In this document: piece after piece, positions 47,542 through 59,598 of the stretch
Layout of the letters: each line of letters begins with the position of its first letter
Position numbering within the stretch: position 1 is the first letter of the stretch
DNA from: Ranitomeya imitator
Lineage: Eukaryota
DNA length: 64,000 nt
NCBI RefSeq assembly: GCF_032444005.1
Contig: NC_091285.1
Span: 471,572,001 to 471,636,000, forward strand
Reading direction: 5' to 3'
Notes under the pieces: model-generated
Databases searched by the model: none
Told to the model about the DNA's origin: nothing
Seen by the model: the letters and a program-made list of their open reading frames with translations, nothing else
Translations under genes and position numbers: made by a program

Positions 47542-48087
47542 GTGTTACATTGCAAGTGAAAGCTACACATATAGTGTTCCTAGACAGAAGGTTCCGCCCT
47601 CTCCACATCACATAATCTCTAGTGAAAGGTCCTACAAGGTCCTACAAACACATATGTGAGTATAATATACAATTTAAAACAATAACACTAAACAATTAGC
47701 AATAGTAGTATAATAATTCGTTTCTTTTGTTTAACCCTGATGGAAATCGAGTGTTGAGATTGAAAATCCAGAAAGCCTCTCTTGTGAGTAGACGTCTTTT
47801 TATGTCTCCTCCTCGATTAGGCGGATAGATTTTTTCTATGCCATGCACCTTAAAGGATGAAGTATCACCATTATGCATCGTACGAAAATGTTTTGCAGCC
47901 ATTGATATATTTCTATTAGTCATATTACATATATTGACATCTTTCAGGTGCTCTGTAATGCGAGTTTTTAATTTGCGCGATGTGCAGCCCACATAGGATT
48001 TCTGACATGTAGTGCACTCTATTTCATAGACTACATTTTTTGTGTGGCAATTTATAAAGCTATTTATATTATAGCTTTTAGATTTTT

Positions 48088-49164
48088 ACTTATGTTCAGG
48101 ACAACAAATCCATTTCTTTTTTAGATCTGGAGCTGAGTGGTACTGTTGGCGAAGAAATCACTAGTCGAACTCATATAAAACCAATTAGCGGCAATACAAT
48201 TCTACATGCTAATAGCAGTCACCCATCTCACACTATAAAATCCATACCAGTGGGGGAGTTCACCAGGCTGAAACGAAATTGCAGCAAAAAAGAGGATCAA
48301 TCAAAAGAGTTCCAGGAACTAAAAACCAAGCTAAAAGCTAGAAATTATCCAAATTGGACACTGAATAGGGCCATTAATATAGTGGAGAAAAAACAAAGGG
48401 AGGACCTTCTAGTCCCTTCTAAAATTAAAAAAGGTGCTAATGACAATAAAAATAAAAACAGAAAATATGCAAATAATTTACATTTATGTTTACAATTTTC
48501 CCCACAGTTTAATTTAATCAGAAATAATATTAATAACAGATTACCTATTCTATATGAAGATGAAGGGCTATCACATTTATTAAAGGATGGTGTAAATATA
48601 GTTGCTAGAAGGGCACAAACCATTGGTGATATAATTGCCCCTAATTCACTTCAATCTAAAACTAAATCTAAGTCCACTACTTGGTTAGACTGCAAGGGTT
48701 TCTTTAAATGCGGTACCGCAGCGTGCAGCACTTGTATTCATGCGCAGCTGGGAAATAAATTCTGGAACTCTGATAAATCTAAAAGCTATAATATAAATAG
48801 CTTTATAAATTGCCACACAAAAAATGTAGTCTATGAAATAGAGTGCACTACATGTCAGAAATCCTATGTGGGCTGCACATCGCGCATATTAAAAACTCGC
48901 ATTACAGAGCACCTGAAAGATGTCAATATATGTAATATGACTAATAGAAATATATCAATGGCTGCAAAACATTTTCGTACGATGCATAATGGTGATACTT
49001 CATCCTTTAAGGTGCATGGCATAGAAAAAATCTATCCGCCTAATCGAGGAGGAGACATAAAAAGACGTCTACTCACAAGAGAGGCTTTCTGGATTTTTAA
49101 TCTCAACACTCGATTTCCATCAGGGTTAAACAAAAGAAACAAATTATTATACTACTATTGCTAA
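48088..49164 (+). pseudogene. 5'-truncated PLE ORF (RT C-terminus, Cys linker, GIY-YIG)
   Basis: The frame is open upstream of the listed ORF (SISFLDL...HPSHTIKSIPVGEF). It contains CKGFFKCGTAACSTC, VVYEIECTTCQKSYVGCTSR..R..EH and SGLNK. Confidence 0.9.
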
Positions 49165-49318
49165 TTGTTTAGTGTTATTGTTTTAAATTGTATATTATAC
49201 TCACATATGTGTTTGTAGGACCTTGTAGGACCTTTCACTAGAGATCATGTGATGTGGAGAGGGCGGAACCTTCTGTCTAGGAACACTATATGTGTAGCTT
49301 TCACTTGCAATGTAAAAC

Positions 49319-49358
49319 AGGCATGAGTAAGACCGATTCAGGTCAAAACGCGTAGCCT
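49319..49358 (+). ncRNA. Variant hammerhead (A3-U8 core), G12 mutated to A
   Basis: AGGC-ATGAGTA-A-GACC-gattca-GGTC-AAAA-CGCG-TA-GCCT. Confidence 0.55.
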
Positions 49359-50096
49359 TATCTATTACAAACACCTGTCTGGTCCACCACATGTAAGGAT
49401 TGTCTATTTTAACCATTTGGATTATTAAAGATTTCAAGTTTTTATCGGAGCTGGAGTATCTATTTTCTGTTGGATTTGCTGTTGCTGGACGTTTGGATCA
49501 AGATGGACTCTCGTGCTCCATTACTGCTGGTCTGGTTGGTGAGCTGGCTTAGGCTTTTTAAGCCGCTTTTCGTATATATGTGCTATTAATTAAAACATGT
49601 GGTTACAAAAGTAAAATGTACCCTATATGGAACAACTTGAGAAATTGTCAAATTTTGTTTAACTTTGTTCATCCAAGCAAATACAAAGCAGAAGCAGTCA
49701 TGTCACTTAAAGTATAGTGTGCAGAAAGCCTGTATAGAGTAATATGTATTCTGATTTATAGATAATATTTAGATAAGTGCAAGGAATGTGTCAACATCTA
49801 ATAATTTTAATGGACCATGTTTATGTCTGCATTGCTAAAATCCTGATCTATGTAGGCAATTGCTTAATGCTGAACATGCATTATGAGCTGTATTCTTTTA
49901 ATTGTGGGGATCAAATGAGATTATCAGGCTTATAAGGAGTAATTCCAAAGTAACAAATATAAACAGGAAGCTAGAATTCAACTTGTTAAACCCATTCACT
50001 TTCATTGACATTGGTAACCAGCATTTGAGCAGTTTTATGTGTAAAGCCTTTGTATACAAATAGGTGGTTTATTGTGTTGGTGATTCATTTGCAGGT

Positions 50097-50524
50097 TGTA
50101 GAACCATTCCAGGTTTTTTTTTGTAGTACTGGAGTGGTGCTACTAAACTAAGGTCCTTGCCCCTACTCTCATACTTACCCGTCATCATATTCACCTTTTT
50201 CAGCACCGCTCTGGTCCCTCGGCACCATCTTGTGACCACCTCTTCTGACTTGCTGGAAGTCAGAAGTTACGTCACAAGCTCTCAATGCAAGTCTATGAAA
50301 GCCAAAACGAGGATCTCATAAACTTGCATTGAAAAGTGACCTCCGGTTCGCTCCAGCAAACACTGGAGTGATTTGGCAGGTCACAAACTGCAGGAAACCA
50401 AAGGAAGAGGCGGCAATAGAAGGTTAAGATGGCAGCAGGTGACGATCCGACTAGGTGCAGGGGACTTTGATTCAAAGCTCCACTCCTGCTGTAAAATAAA
50501 AAAAATGCTGGAGTGGTGCTTTAA
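50097..50524. mobile_element. Degenerate TTAA-type (T2/Kolobok-like) MITE
   Basis: Right end GCTGGAGTGGTGCTTTAA; degenerate left end GTAGAACCATTCCAGG; internal inverted segments. Confidence 0.45.
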
Positions 50525-51889
50525 GTTGTCAATAAATTTGAATTTTAGCAATGCAGGTAAAATTATTCCACATGTACAGTACTTGTCCTCAATGTGACAT
50601 TTGGACATACAGTATGTAGGCCATCGGAGTTGTTGAACTAACTGCATTCCACCTGGAGACATGAAATACTGTAACTATATAAATGTCCACCACGTTGTTC
50701 ATGTCATCATAGTGTACCCCTCAGTATACAATAGTACAGGTAAATATTATTTTCTCATGCCCATATAACCTTTTACAGTAAATTGAACAAGATAGATAAC
50801 GGAATGTTTATCATTACGAAGGATTTTAGGTCAATGTCATGTTTGGTAAGATAAAGTCCTCTGCTCCTACAAGTGCAAAGGTGGGATAACATGATTATTC
50901 CTGAGATAATCCACATGACATGATAGGACAGCGTCAGTTGAAGACTAGCGGATCTCTGTCATTGCTTAATGTTACAATTAAGTGCGGCTGACATGAAGCC
51001 AGTGGTTCCCACTGTCATATACACCTGCTTAAAGTAAATACAACATCCTCTGGTTGACTAGTTTCTCGGGTGCCTTGACCGAGAACACATTGAGATTGTC
51101 TGGCACTTTACTGCTACTCTGAGTTAGACGTTAAACGTCCCAGCTGTGTTTATACATTCTTGGTGTTGAACTCTGCCACCTGCATGTAGTCCCATTCTTA
51201 TTTCTGTGTTGGAGTAACCAAGCAGCCTCCCTTCCTCCTCAGATGCAAAAGAAATTCTTCAACATTTTAAAGGCCATTAAACACATTCCATTCTTGAAGT
51301 AGGCTATTTAAGACATGCATTAGATTTATTCTTCATATTGTATGTCTGGGGTATCCGACTGCCATAGAATTATTGTACACCATGATCCAGGATCTACTGT
51401 AACTACTTTCATATGCTGCTGATATAGTGCATATTTCATTCTCACTTTAATGTTCCTTTCAAAATATTTGAGATCTACTACATCATACGTGCAGGTTTTC
51501 TTGACCAAGAAATGATTTGCTGCCCCTCTCCGAAGGAACAAAGCTTCAAACCAGATAGAACAGCCAAAATATAACTCGGGTGCTTTTTTTTTTTATACAT
51601 ATTTTCTTGTCAGGCTACAAAGTTGCAGAGAAGACATTTGATTTTTGTCTGTCTGAAAAGCTCAGCATTAGAAACATATTTGTTGTGTTTTATTTCATTG
51701 TGATAACATGCTCTAGATAGGTAGTGCACGTAATAAAGGGGAAAAGTTAACCCTCAGATGATGCACCAAATAAGCAGTACACAAACAAAGAGGATGCTCA
51801 CTATTATCAGTGCCTCAAAACCTAGTGGTTAAAAAATTGGAACAATAAAATACATCCTCCATGAATGTACTAGCATTGAATGTTATAAC

Positions 51890-52104
51890 TAGAGATGAGC
51901 GAAGCCGAACTGAAAATTTCAGGGTTCGTACCAGAAACAGTGCTGAACTCTGAACACTAAAACGAACTACAGCACCAAAGTTTGGGCCCCATTGACTTAT
52001 ATGGGGTTTGGGGTCTGGTTCAAGTTTGGATAGCGTTCTAGTAACCGAACTTTGAACTAAAAGTTCGGTCGAACCCTACATATCTAAACATCCGCTCATC
52101 TCTA
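51890..52104. mobile_element. hAT MITE (215 bp)
   Basis: TIRs TAGAGATGAGCG / CGCTCATCTCTA; 8-bp TSD GTTATAAC on both sides. Confidence 0.93.
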
Positions 52105-52390
52105 GTTATAACCTATCCACAGGTTGGAGTATACCTTTCTGATCAGTTGGGGTCTTACCTCTGGGACCCCCATCGATTCTGGGAACAGGACTCTAAACTG
52201 GCCTATTGGTATGGAGCCTAGTACTATACCTAGTACTATACTGTTACTGTACTCTCCGGGAAGTCCCATAGAGCATGAATGGAGTTGTGGTGTGCATGCA
52301 TTTCAAAGCCCCATTCTTGGGACTGGTGGGAATCCCACCTGATTGACCCCATCAGTAAAAAGGTAAAGTTTCAAAGGTGCGAATAACACT

Positions 52391-52819
52391 TTGAAGACAA
52401 TCTGTTGCCAGGTATTTTCTTGTTTCTGAGAGCAGCATGATATATGTATAGAAACCCTAATTGTAGTGTTCATTAGTGGGCTACATAGTGAAGTTTTGAT
52501 ACAAGCACAGTTTTTTCTGCAGCTGTTATAGCATTTCTCTGAATGCTGAGCTCTGTATATCCCTGCCCACACCACTTATTGGCAGCTTTCTGTGTAGAGT
52601 GTGCTGTCAATCGGTAGGGTGGGTTTACACAGATCAGGAGGACTACATGCTATGAGATACCTAGTCTTTTAATGATAATCTCCTGCGATTAAAACACTGA
52701 TTACATTGAAACAATAACAAGCATCCTAGTAAGTGACACCGCTGGAATCATTGTCTCTGCCTCTACTCTATGCTGTTCTCAGAATAAATAGAAAAAATCT
52801 ACTGACAGATTCCCTTTAA
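52391..52819. mobile_element. Degenerate T2/Kolobok-like MITE
   Basis: TTGAAGACAATCTGTTG left end vs CTGACAGATTCCCTTTAA right end. Confidence 0.5.
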
Positions 52820-53092
52820 AATGTATTATGTTAAAAAAAAAAAAAGATCAAAAAATGTTTCGGGGCTTAGAAAACGATTTTGTGTGCAGAAATAGTAAAA
52901 CATTAAATAAACTATATTAATATGGTACAACCATAATCAAACTGATCTGCAGATTAAAATGAATAAGCCATTTACACCTGCAATGAATGAAGCTGAAGCA
53001 AAACCCCAATTGTCAGAAAGGACCACTGCTCCAACAGAAAATAGATTAAAAAAGCCATAAAATTATGCAATAAATAATATGTAGCCCTAGAT

Positions 53093-53275
53093 CAGTGTTT
53101 CCCAAACTCCAGTCCTCACGGACCCCACTGGTCATGTTTTCAGGATTTCCATAGCGTTGCACAGGTGAGACAATTCCTGATGCCTTGATGATACTTCCAC
53201 TACTTAAGCAATACTAAGGAAATCCTGAAAACATGACCTATGGGGTCCGTGAGGACTGGAGTTTGGGAAACACTG
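53093..53275. mobile_element. hAT (Charlie-like) fold-back MITE (183 bp)
   Basis: Long TIRs CAGTGTTTCCCAAACTCCAGTCCTCACGGACCCCA and inverse; flanks CCCTAGAT / GTCTAGAT (6 of 8). Confidence 0.85.
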
Positions 53276-53962
53276 GTCTAGATGATGCAATTTAAAAATG
53301 CAAATTGGCTGAGAAAAATCAACCCATTTGCATGGTTATGGTGATGCAAAGTGCAGTATACCAGAGTCATCTTGCTAGCTAACAGTTCGATGTACGGATT
53401 TACATTCTAAACTCAAGTATTTCTGTAGACCAAGATTATCTAACCCTTGATATGTTAAGTCTGACTAGTGTCACCGTTCCTGCGGTGATCTCAGATTTTA
53501 TTTCCTTTAACAGCAAAATAGGGCACTTTCGATCAAAGAGGGCTATTTTCAGTACTACCGGGGGGGCAGAGGGTGCCATCGCTCCGGGCCTGGAGCTCAG
53601 AGGGGGCGCACCCGGAGCTACTCTACTGCAACTGTATCAGCGCTCAGCATGCCGATACAGTTACCATCTGCGGCAGGGCAGGGAGAATCGATCTCCCTGC
53701 TCTGCCTCCCGCTATGGGGCCCCTGAGCATGCCGAGGGGCTCGGTGCCAGTAGTGGGCCCCCCGCCCGTCACTGCATTGATGAGGGAAGGAGTGCTGCGC
53801 TTCTTCACCCATCATCCCCCTGTCAGCGTCTGGCATCGCCAACGCGGACAGTGGGCGCGATGACATCACCACCCAGCACCCGCTGTCAGAAGATGAGCGG
53901 GAGGTCGAAGCACCGCTGGAGCAAGGAGGAAGAGAGGTGAGTATTTATTTATTGTTTTTTAT

Positions 53963-54660
53963 GGGGGCTGCCTTATACTTAAGGATCTGCCTATAGGGGG
54001 GCTGCTTTATACTTCAGGATCTGCCTATAGAGGGCTGCATAATACTTCAGGATCTGCCTATAGGGGGGTTTCCTTATACTTCAGGATCTGCCTATAGGGA
54101 TGCTGCCTTATACTTCAGGATCTGCCTATAGGGGGGCTGCTTTATACTTCAGGATTTGCCTATAGGGGGGCTGCCTTATACTTCAGGATCTGCCTATAGG
54201 GAGCCTGCCTTGTACTTCAGGATCTGCCTATAGGAGTACTGCCTTTTACTACAGGGTCTGCCTATGGGGTGCTGCCTTTTACTAGAGTCTGCCTATGGGG
54301 TGCTGCATTTCACTAGAGTCTGCCTATGGGGGGCTGCCTTATACTACAAGGTCTGCCTATATGGGTGCTGCGAATCTGCTTATGAGGTGCTGCCTTATAC
54401 TACAGGGTCTGCCTATGTGGTGCTGTCTTATACTACAGGGTCTACCTGTGGGGTGCTGTCTTGTACTACAGGGTCTGCCTATGGTGGTGCTGTCTTGTCC
54501 TATAGTCTGCCTATGGGTATTGCCTTGTGCTACAGAGTAGGCCTATGGGGAGTGCATTATACTATATGGAGTCCTATGGGGAGTGCATTATACTATATGG
54601 AGTCCTATGGGGAGTGCATTATACCATATTTAGGATGATCTGGTGCATTATACTATATGG
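53963..54660. repeat. Minisatellite, 31-33-bp unit, about 20 copies, probably within a degraded non-autonomous DNA transposon (about 53550-55610)
   Basis: GGGGCTGCCTTATACTTCAGGATCTGCCTATA unit drifting to GGGGAGTGCATTATACTATATGGAGTCCTAT. Confidence 0.85.
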
Positions 54661-56630
54661 AGGCCATCTAGTGGGCCATCATACAGTGTGGAGATTACAG
54701 TGAAGGGGCCATCATACAGTGTTGGAGCCATCAAACAGTTTGGGGGCTACTAAGAGGTCAGTGTACTGTGTGGATGGTAATATACAGTGAGGGGGCATTA
54801 TACTGTATAGGGGAACTGTACAGGAGGGCAGACTCAGGACATTATTAAATGTAAAGTGGGCACTTCTTGTTATAGGGGATCTCAGGTTACTGTGACTATC
54901 AAAGGGGCACACATGGCAATATTACTTTCTATGGGGCAAAATGTGGGCGCTGTTTTCTAGGGCACTTGCACCCAGCATTACTTTATTTTAGAGGGTTGCT
55001 TTAGAATTTAGAAGCTACAGAGAACCACACAGCAGGTGCACTAATAGGGTCACATATAGCAGCAGCGGCTCAGTATTGGGGTATCAGGTGCAGTAATAGG
55101 GACACATACGGCAGCAGCGGCTCAGTATTGGGGTATCAGGTGCAGTAATAGGGACACATACGGCAGCAGCGGCTCAGTATTGGGGTATCACCAGGATGAG
55201 GAGTTTGTGCAGGTTGGGACTAGATGGTGATGGGGCTGGAATATGAGAAGTGAAATGTGTCTTTGTTGTATTCTCTGCAGACGAGTCCTGGCTGGAAGAA
55301 GTTGTCATGTCAGTCTGGGCCAGATGGAAAAGATGGGAAAAGTGAACGATTCCATCAGAGAACATCAGTGGTAAGTCATTATCTGTAAGTGTGCTGTTAT
55401 CTCTTATATGTTCTGTAGGACTGGTATCTACCACTGACCATATGGCGGTAATATCCATGTTGGTCGTTATATAGAGATTATCTTCTGTAACAGCGCGATC
55501 ATCTGCTGAGGTTCTCCTCCACTATTAGGGCGCGTCACCGAATTGTAATCAAGGTTACCTGGTTAGGGGCCCACTCAGAAGCTTCGCCCCCCTGAACCAA
55601 AACCCTAGCTGGCTATTTTGGATCGTTAACCATGTCACATCTGTGAAACTATCTCCCCACATCCATATCAGCTTCCAGGGCCAAGTTACTCAAACTTAGA
55701 AAGATATGGATTCTTAGGACTAACTGAAATAAAGCGATTAGGTTTCGAAATCTTGGGTTACTTCAGATCTTAGAAATAAGTCTGTAATATTTTTTTAAAG
55801 TATGATAAACGGCTGGCCTTATTAAAATGTATTGTAATGCTGCAAAGTAAATTTCTCTTGGAACCAGTAAAACTATACAATATATCCAGAAACATCAAAA
55901 CCTAGACTTTTAGACAGAGGAAATGAAAGACATATTTTATACCCCTGAAGAACCTAACAAAAAACAAAAACATCTGGAATACTTCTATCAGAAACCAAGC
56001 AATCTCCTGTTGACTTTCTAAAATAGTTTATAAATGTGGATTTTATATACTGGCACATAGTATGGCTGACAGTGCTGGTAGATCTCCATATCATATTTAA
56101 CCATGATTTCAAGGAGAATTATTCTGAAAACATACTAAATAGGAGATTATTTAGACAAATAATAAGGAGCATGAGGTAAGAAATCTGATATGCCTAAGAG
56201 TTTACCTTGGAATAAATATGTATTATTGACGTCAAGTAGCTTCTATTATATTAAAAAAGCGTTTTCCTAATTTGGCAGGTTATCTTCTATGCGTACTTCA
56301 TAGAAGTTATAACTTGTTGGTCTCTATTGGTCCAAACATGGAGATCCTCACTGATCCCAAGAACGGGGCTCAGAAATGCCGCTTAGTAGTGGAGTGTTCA
56401 TTAACAATAAATGAAAAATATGCAAGCAGGGCATTTTGGGGATATGATGTTCTCAAACGTTGGTAGGAAGGATGTTAAAATTGTATCACTTGTTTCAGGG
56501 ATCTACAGTTACATATTAGAATTATATGGGACTCCTCTGCCTATATGATGTTTATACAAATATGTTTTATTATGGTTATCTATATGAGGAGTAATCCACC
56601 TTTCTACAGTATTTAACAATCGTTTTGTAC

Positions 56631-57029
56631 CTCCATTGGTCCGATCAAACTTTCCAGCTGCTGTCCATATTTGATCAAAAGTGCATCTTGTCTCGAATAG
56701 CGATACATTGACTCAAAGCGTGCTTTCACAGTGCGTTCTTCGCCATTATGAGTAGCCCCGTTGGGGCTTAAGTTTGAATTCCCAGCAAAACGGATTTCGG
56801 GGGTATGTGCCGACAGGGCCAGGTGTCCACCTCTAGTAGGCATATATGTCCAAAAGTGATGCATGAGAGAGCACACGGTTACTTCATCTGCAGCATTATA
56901 GTCCATGGCCCCATTGGCACATATGTCAGAAACCTGTCTTGTGGGCGGGTTCAAACATAAGCATGACGGGACCAACGAACATGGCAAAAAACGCAGTGTG
57001 AAAGCATGAGAATTCACCCAATAGATATC
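56631..57029 (-). CDS. Candidate internal exon of an unidentified host gene
   Basis: 133 open codons (DIYWVNSHAF...QQLESLIGPME) in a GC-richer island, bounded by cag| and |gtacaa. The polypyrimidine tract is weak and the protein is not recognised. Confidence 0.4.
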
Positions 57030-57679
57030 CTGCATTAACTTTGTGATATATTATGGTTTATGAACAATATTTTGATTTTTAGATTTGACCTAGAACCTTT
57101 GCAGGAAATGTTGGCTACAAGATACTATGGTGATAAAATCCCTGGGACTTTGTATTTGAAAGAACAGATGACAAAGGCACAGCTTTGTGTGATACTGCAG
57201 AAAATGAATACTTTTGCCATGATTACTTAATTTCTGGTCATGTAATAATTAAAAAAAATGCTTCTTAATCGACATTTTTTTTTATAGAAGTCAATACCTT
57301 AAACAGATTTTAGGTAAAATAGCTTTTTTTCCTATACCATAAAATATCAACCACTTTGTCTTACTGCAAACATCTGCATTAACATGTTATTGTGTGGTTC
57401 AAATATTTTCCTCCGGGTGGGCTACTTTGTTATATTTGTACAGTCTTACATTGTAACTCAGCATAATCCATATTCTAAATATTTTTCTCTCAGGGATCAA
57501 ATTCCAGTTAATGTGTCTTGTGACAAGACTGATGTAAATAGTTGAGCTTGCCATTATTATCGTCACATAGCTAATATATTATGGTTAACTATAGAATACG
57601 TCAGCTGTGAAGGAAATAAATGTTATCGTACATAAGAAATTACCTACAACCTGTACAGTGTATACTATTTTAATGGCTA

Positions 57680-59598
57680 GAAGGTTTGAGGAGTGTTTCA
57701 ACTAGGGATTGGGGGGGGGGGGGTATTCATTTTATAGGAGGGGAAGATAGTGCAGATAGAGACCTGGGCACAAATAAGGAAGTTGGGGGTGGCAGTGGCA
57801 TGGGGGTGGTGGGGTTAAATCAATTCATAATTAATAATTTAAGAAAGAATAGAGGTGCAGAGCAATACATAAAATGTATGTATACTAATGCCAGAAGCCT
57901 TGCCAACAAAATGGACAAATTAGAATAAATGGTGTTGGAGCATAATTATGACATGGTGGGGATATCTGAAACGTGGCTGGATGAGAGCCATGACTGGGCT
58001 GTTAACTTACAGGGCTATAGTCTGTTCAGAAATGACCGAATGAATAGGCGAGGGGGAGGTGTGTGACTATATGTAAAATCATCCTTAAAACCCATCCTGC
58101 ATGACAATATAGGTGAATCTAATGAAAATGTAGAGTTCCTGTGGGTGGAGATAAGGGGAGGGGGAAAAAATAAATTACTGATAGGGGTTTGTTATAAGTC
58201 TCCAAATATAATGGAAGCAACGGAGAATATCCCCATAAAGCAAATAGATGAAGCTGCGACTCAAGGAGAAGTCATTATTATGGGCGACTTCAACTACCCT
58301 GAAATAGATTGGGGAACAGAAACCTGCAGTTCCAGCAAAGGTAATCGGTTTTTGACAACTATGAGAGACAATTACCTTTCACAACTGGTTCAGGTCCCAA
58401 CAAGAAGGGGGGCACTGCTAGACCTAATATTAACCAACAGGCCAGACCGCATAGCAAATATAAGGGTTAGGGGTCACTTGGGGAATAGTGATCACAAAAT
58501 AATAAGTTTTCATGTATCCTTTAAAAAGATGTGTAATAGAGGGGTTACAAGGACACTAAACTTCAGGAGGGCAAATTTCCAATGGATGAGAGAGGATCTT
58601 GGTGCAATTAAGTGGGACGATATCCTGAGACATGAAAATACACAAAGAAAATGGGAGACATTTATTAGCATCCTGGATAGGACCTGTGCAAAGTATATAC
58701 TGTATGGGAATAAAAATACTAGGAATAGGAGGAAACCAATATGGCTTAATAGAGCTGTAAGGGGCGCAATAAGTGACAAAAAGAAAGCATTTAGAGAATT
58801 AAAGGAAGTAGATAGTGATAAGGCATTAAATAAATACAGAAGATTAAATAAATTCTGTAAAAAGCAAATCAAGGCAGCTAAGATTAAGACAGAGAGACTC
58901 ATTGCTAGAGGGAGTAAAAATAATCCCAAAATATTCTTCAACTATGTAAATAGCAAGAAACTAAAGAATGATAGTGTTGGCCCCCTTAAAAATAGTCTGG
59001 CTGAAATGGTGGATGAGGATGAGGAAAATACCAATATGCTAAATGACTTTTTTCAGCAGTATTTACACAAAAAAATCCCATGGCAGACAATATGATCAGT
59101 GATAACAAAAATTCCCCATTATCACCTGTTTAACCCAGCTGGAAGTACGTCGTGTCTAAAAATCACTAAAATTGACAAATCTCCGGGCCCGGATGGGATA
59201 CACCACTAAGTACTGCAGGAATTAAGTACAGTCATTGATAGACCATTATTTTTAATCTTTAAAGACTCCATAATAACAGGGTCTGTACCACAGGACTGGC
59301 GCATAGCAAATGTGGTGCCAGTATTCAAAAAGAGGACAAAAGCTGAACTCGGAAATTATAGGCCAGTAAGCTTAACCTCTACTGTGGGTAAAATCCTGGA
59401 GGGCATTCTAAGGGATACTATGCTGGAGTATCTGAAGAGGAATAACCTCATGACCCAATATCAACATGGGTTTACTCGGGACCATTCCTGTCAGACAAAT
59501 CTGATCAATTTCTATGAAGAGGTTAGTTCCGGACTGGACCAAGGGAACCCAGTGGACGTAGTGTATGTGGACTTTTCAAAAGCTTTTGTTGTGGTGCC
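57680..59598 (+). mobile_element. CR1 LINE (APE endonuclease plus start of RT), decayed and interrupted by an LTR element
   Basis: CMYTNARSL, GISETW, MGDFNYP, LDLILTN...GNSDH, KSPGPDG, NYRPVSLTS, QHGF and DVVYVDFSKAF; stops and frameshifts present. The left boundary is approximate. Confidence 0.93.

Larger units (their letters stand above)
47381..49584. mobile_element. Second fold-back PLE
   Basis: Inverted arms 47377-48085 and 48775-49483 (709 bp each); unpaired tail 49484-49584; 13-bp TSD ATTAATTAAAACA (47368-47380, 49585-49597). Confidence 0.93.

Noticed and set aside
55725-55780. Possible hammerhead on the minus strand (CTGAAG...CGAAAC)
   Set aside because: Stems I and II do not form convincingly and there is no TSD or fold-back context.
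56278-56462. Plus-strand exon candidate (GYLLCVLHRS...)
   Set aside because: It has good splice signals, but I could not chain it in phase to neighbouring candidates and it conflicts with the adjacent minus-strand candidate. Left unresolved.
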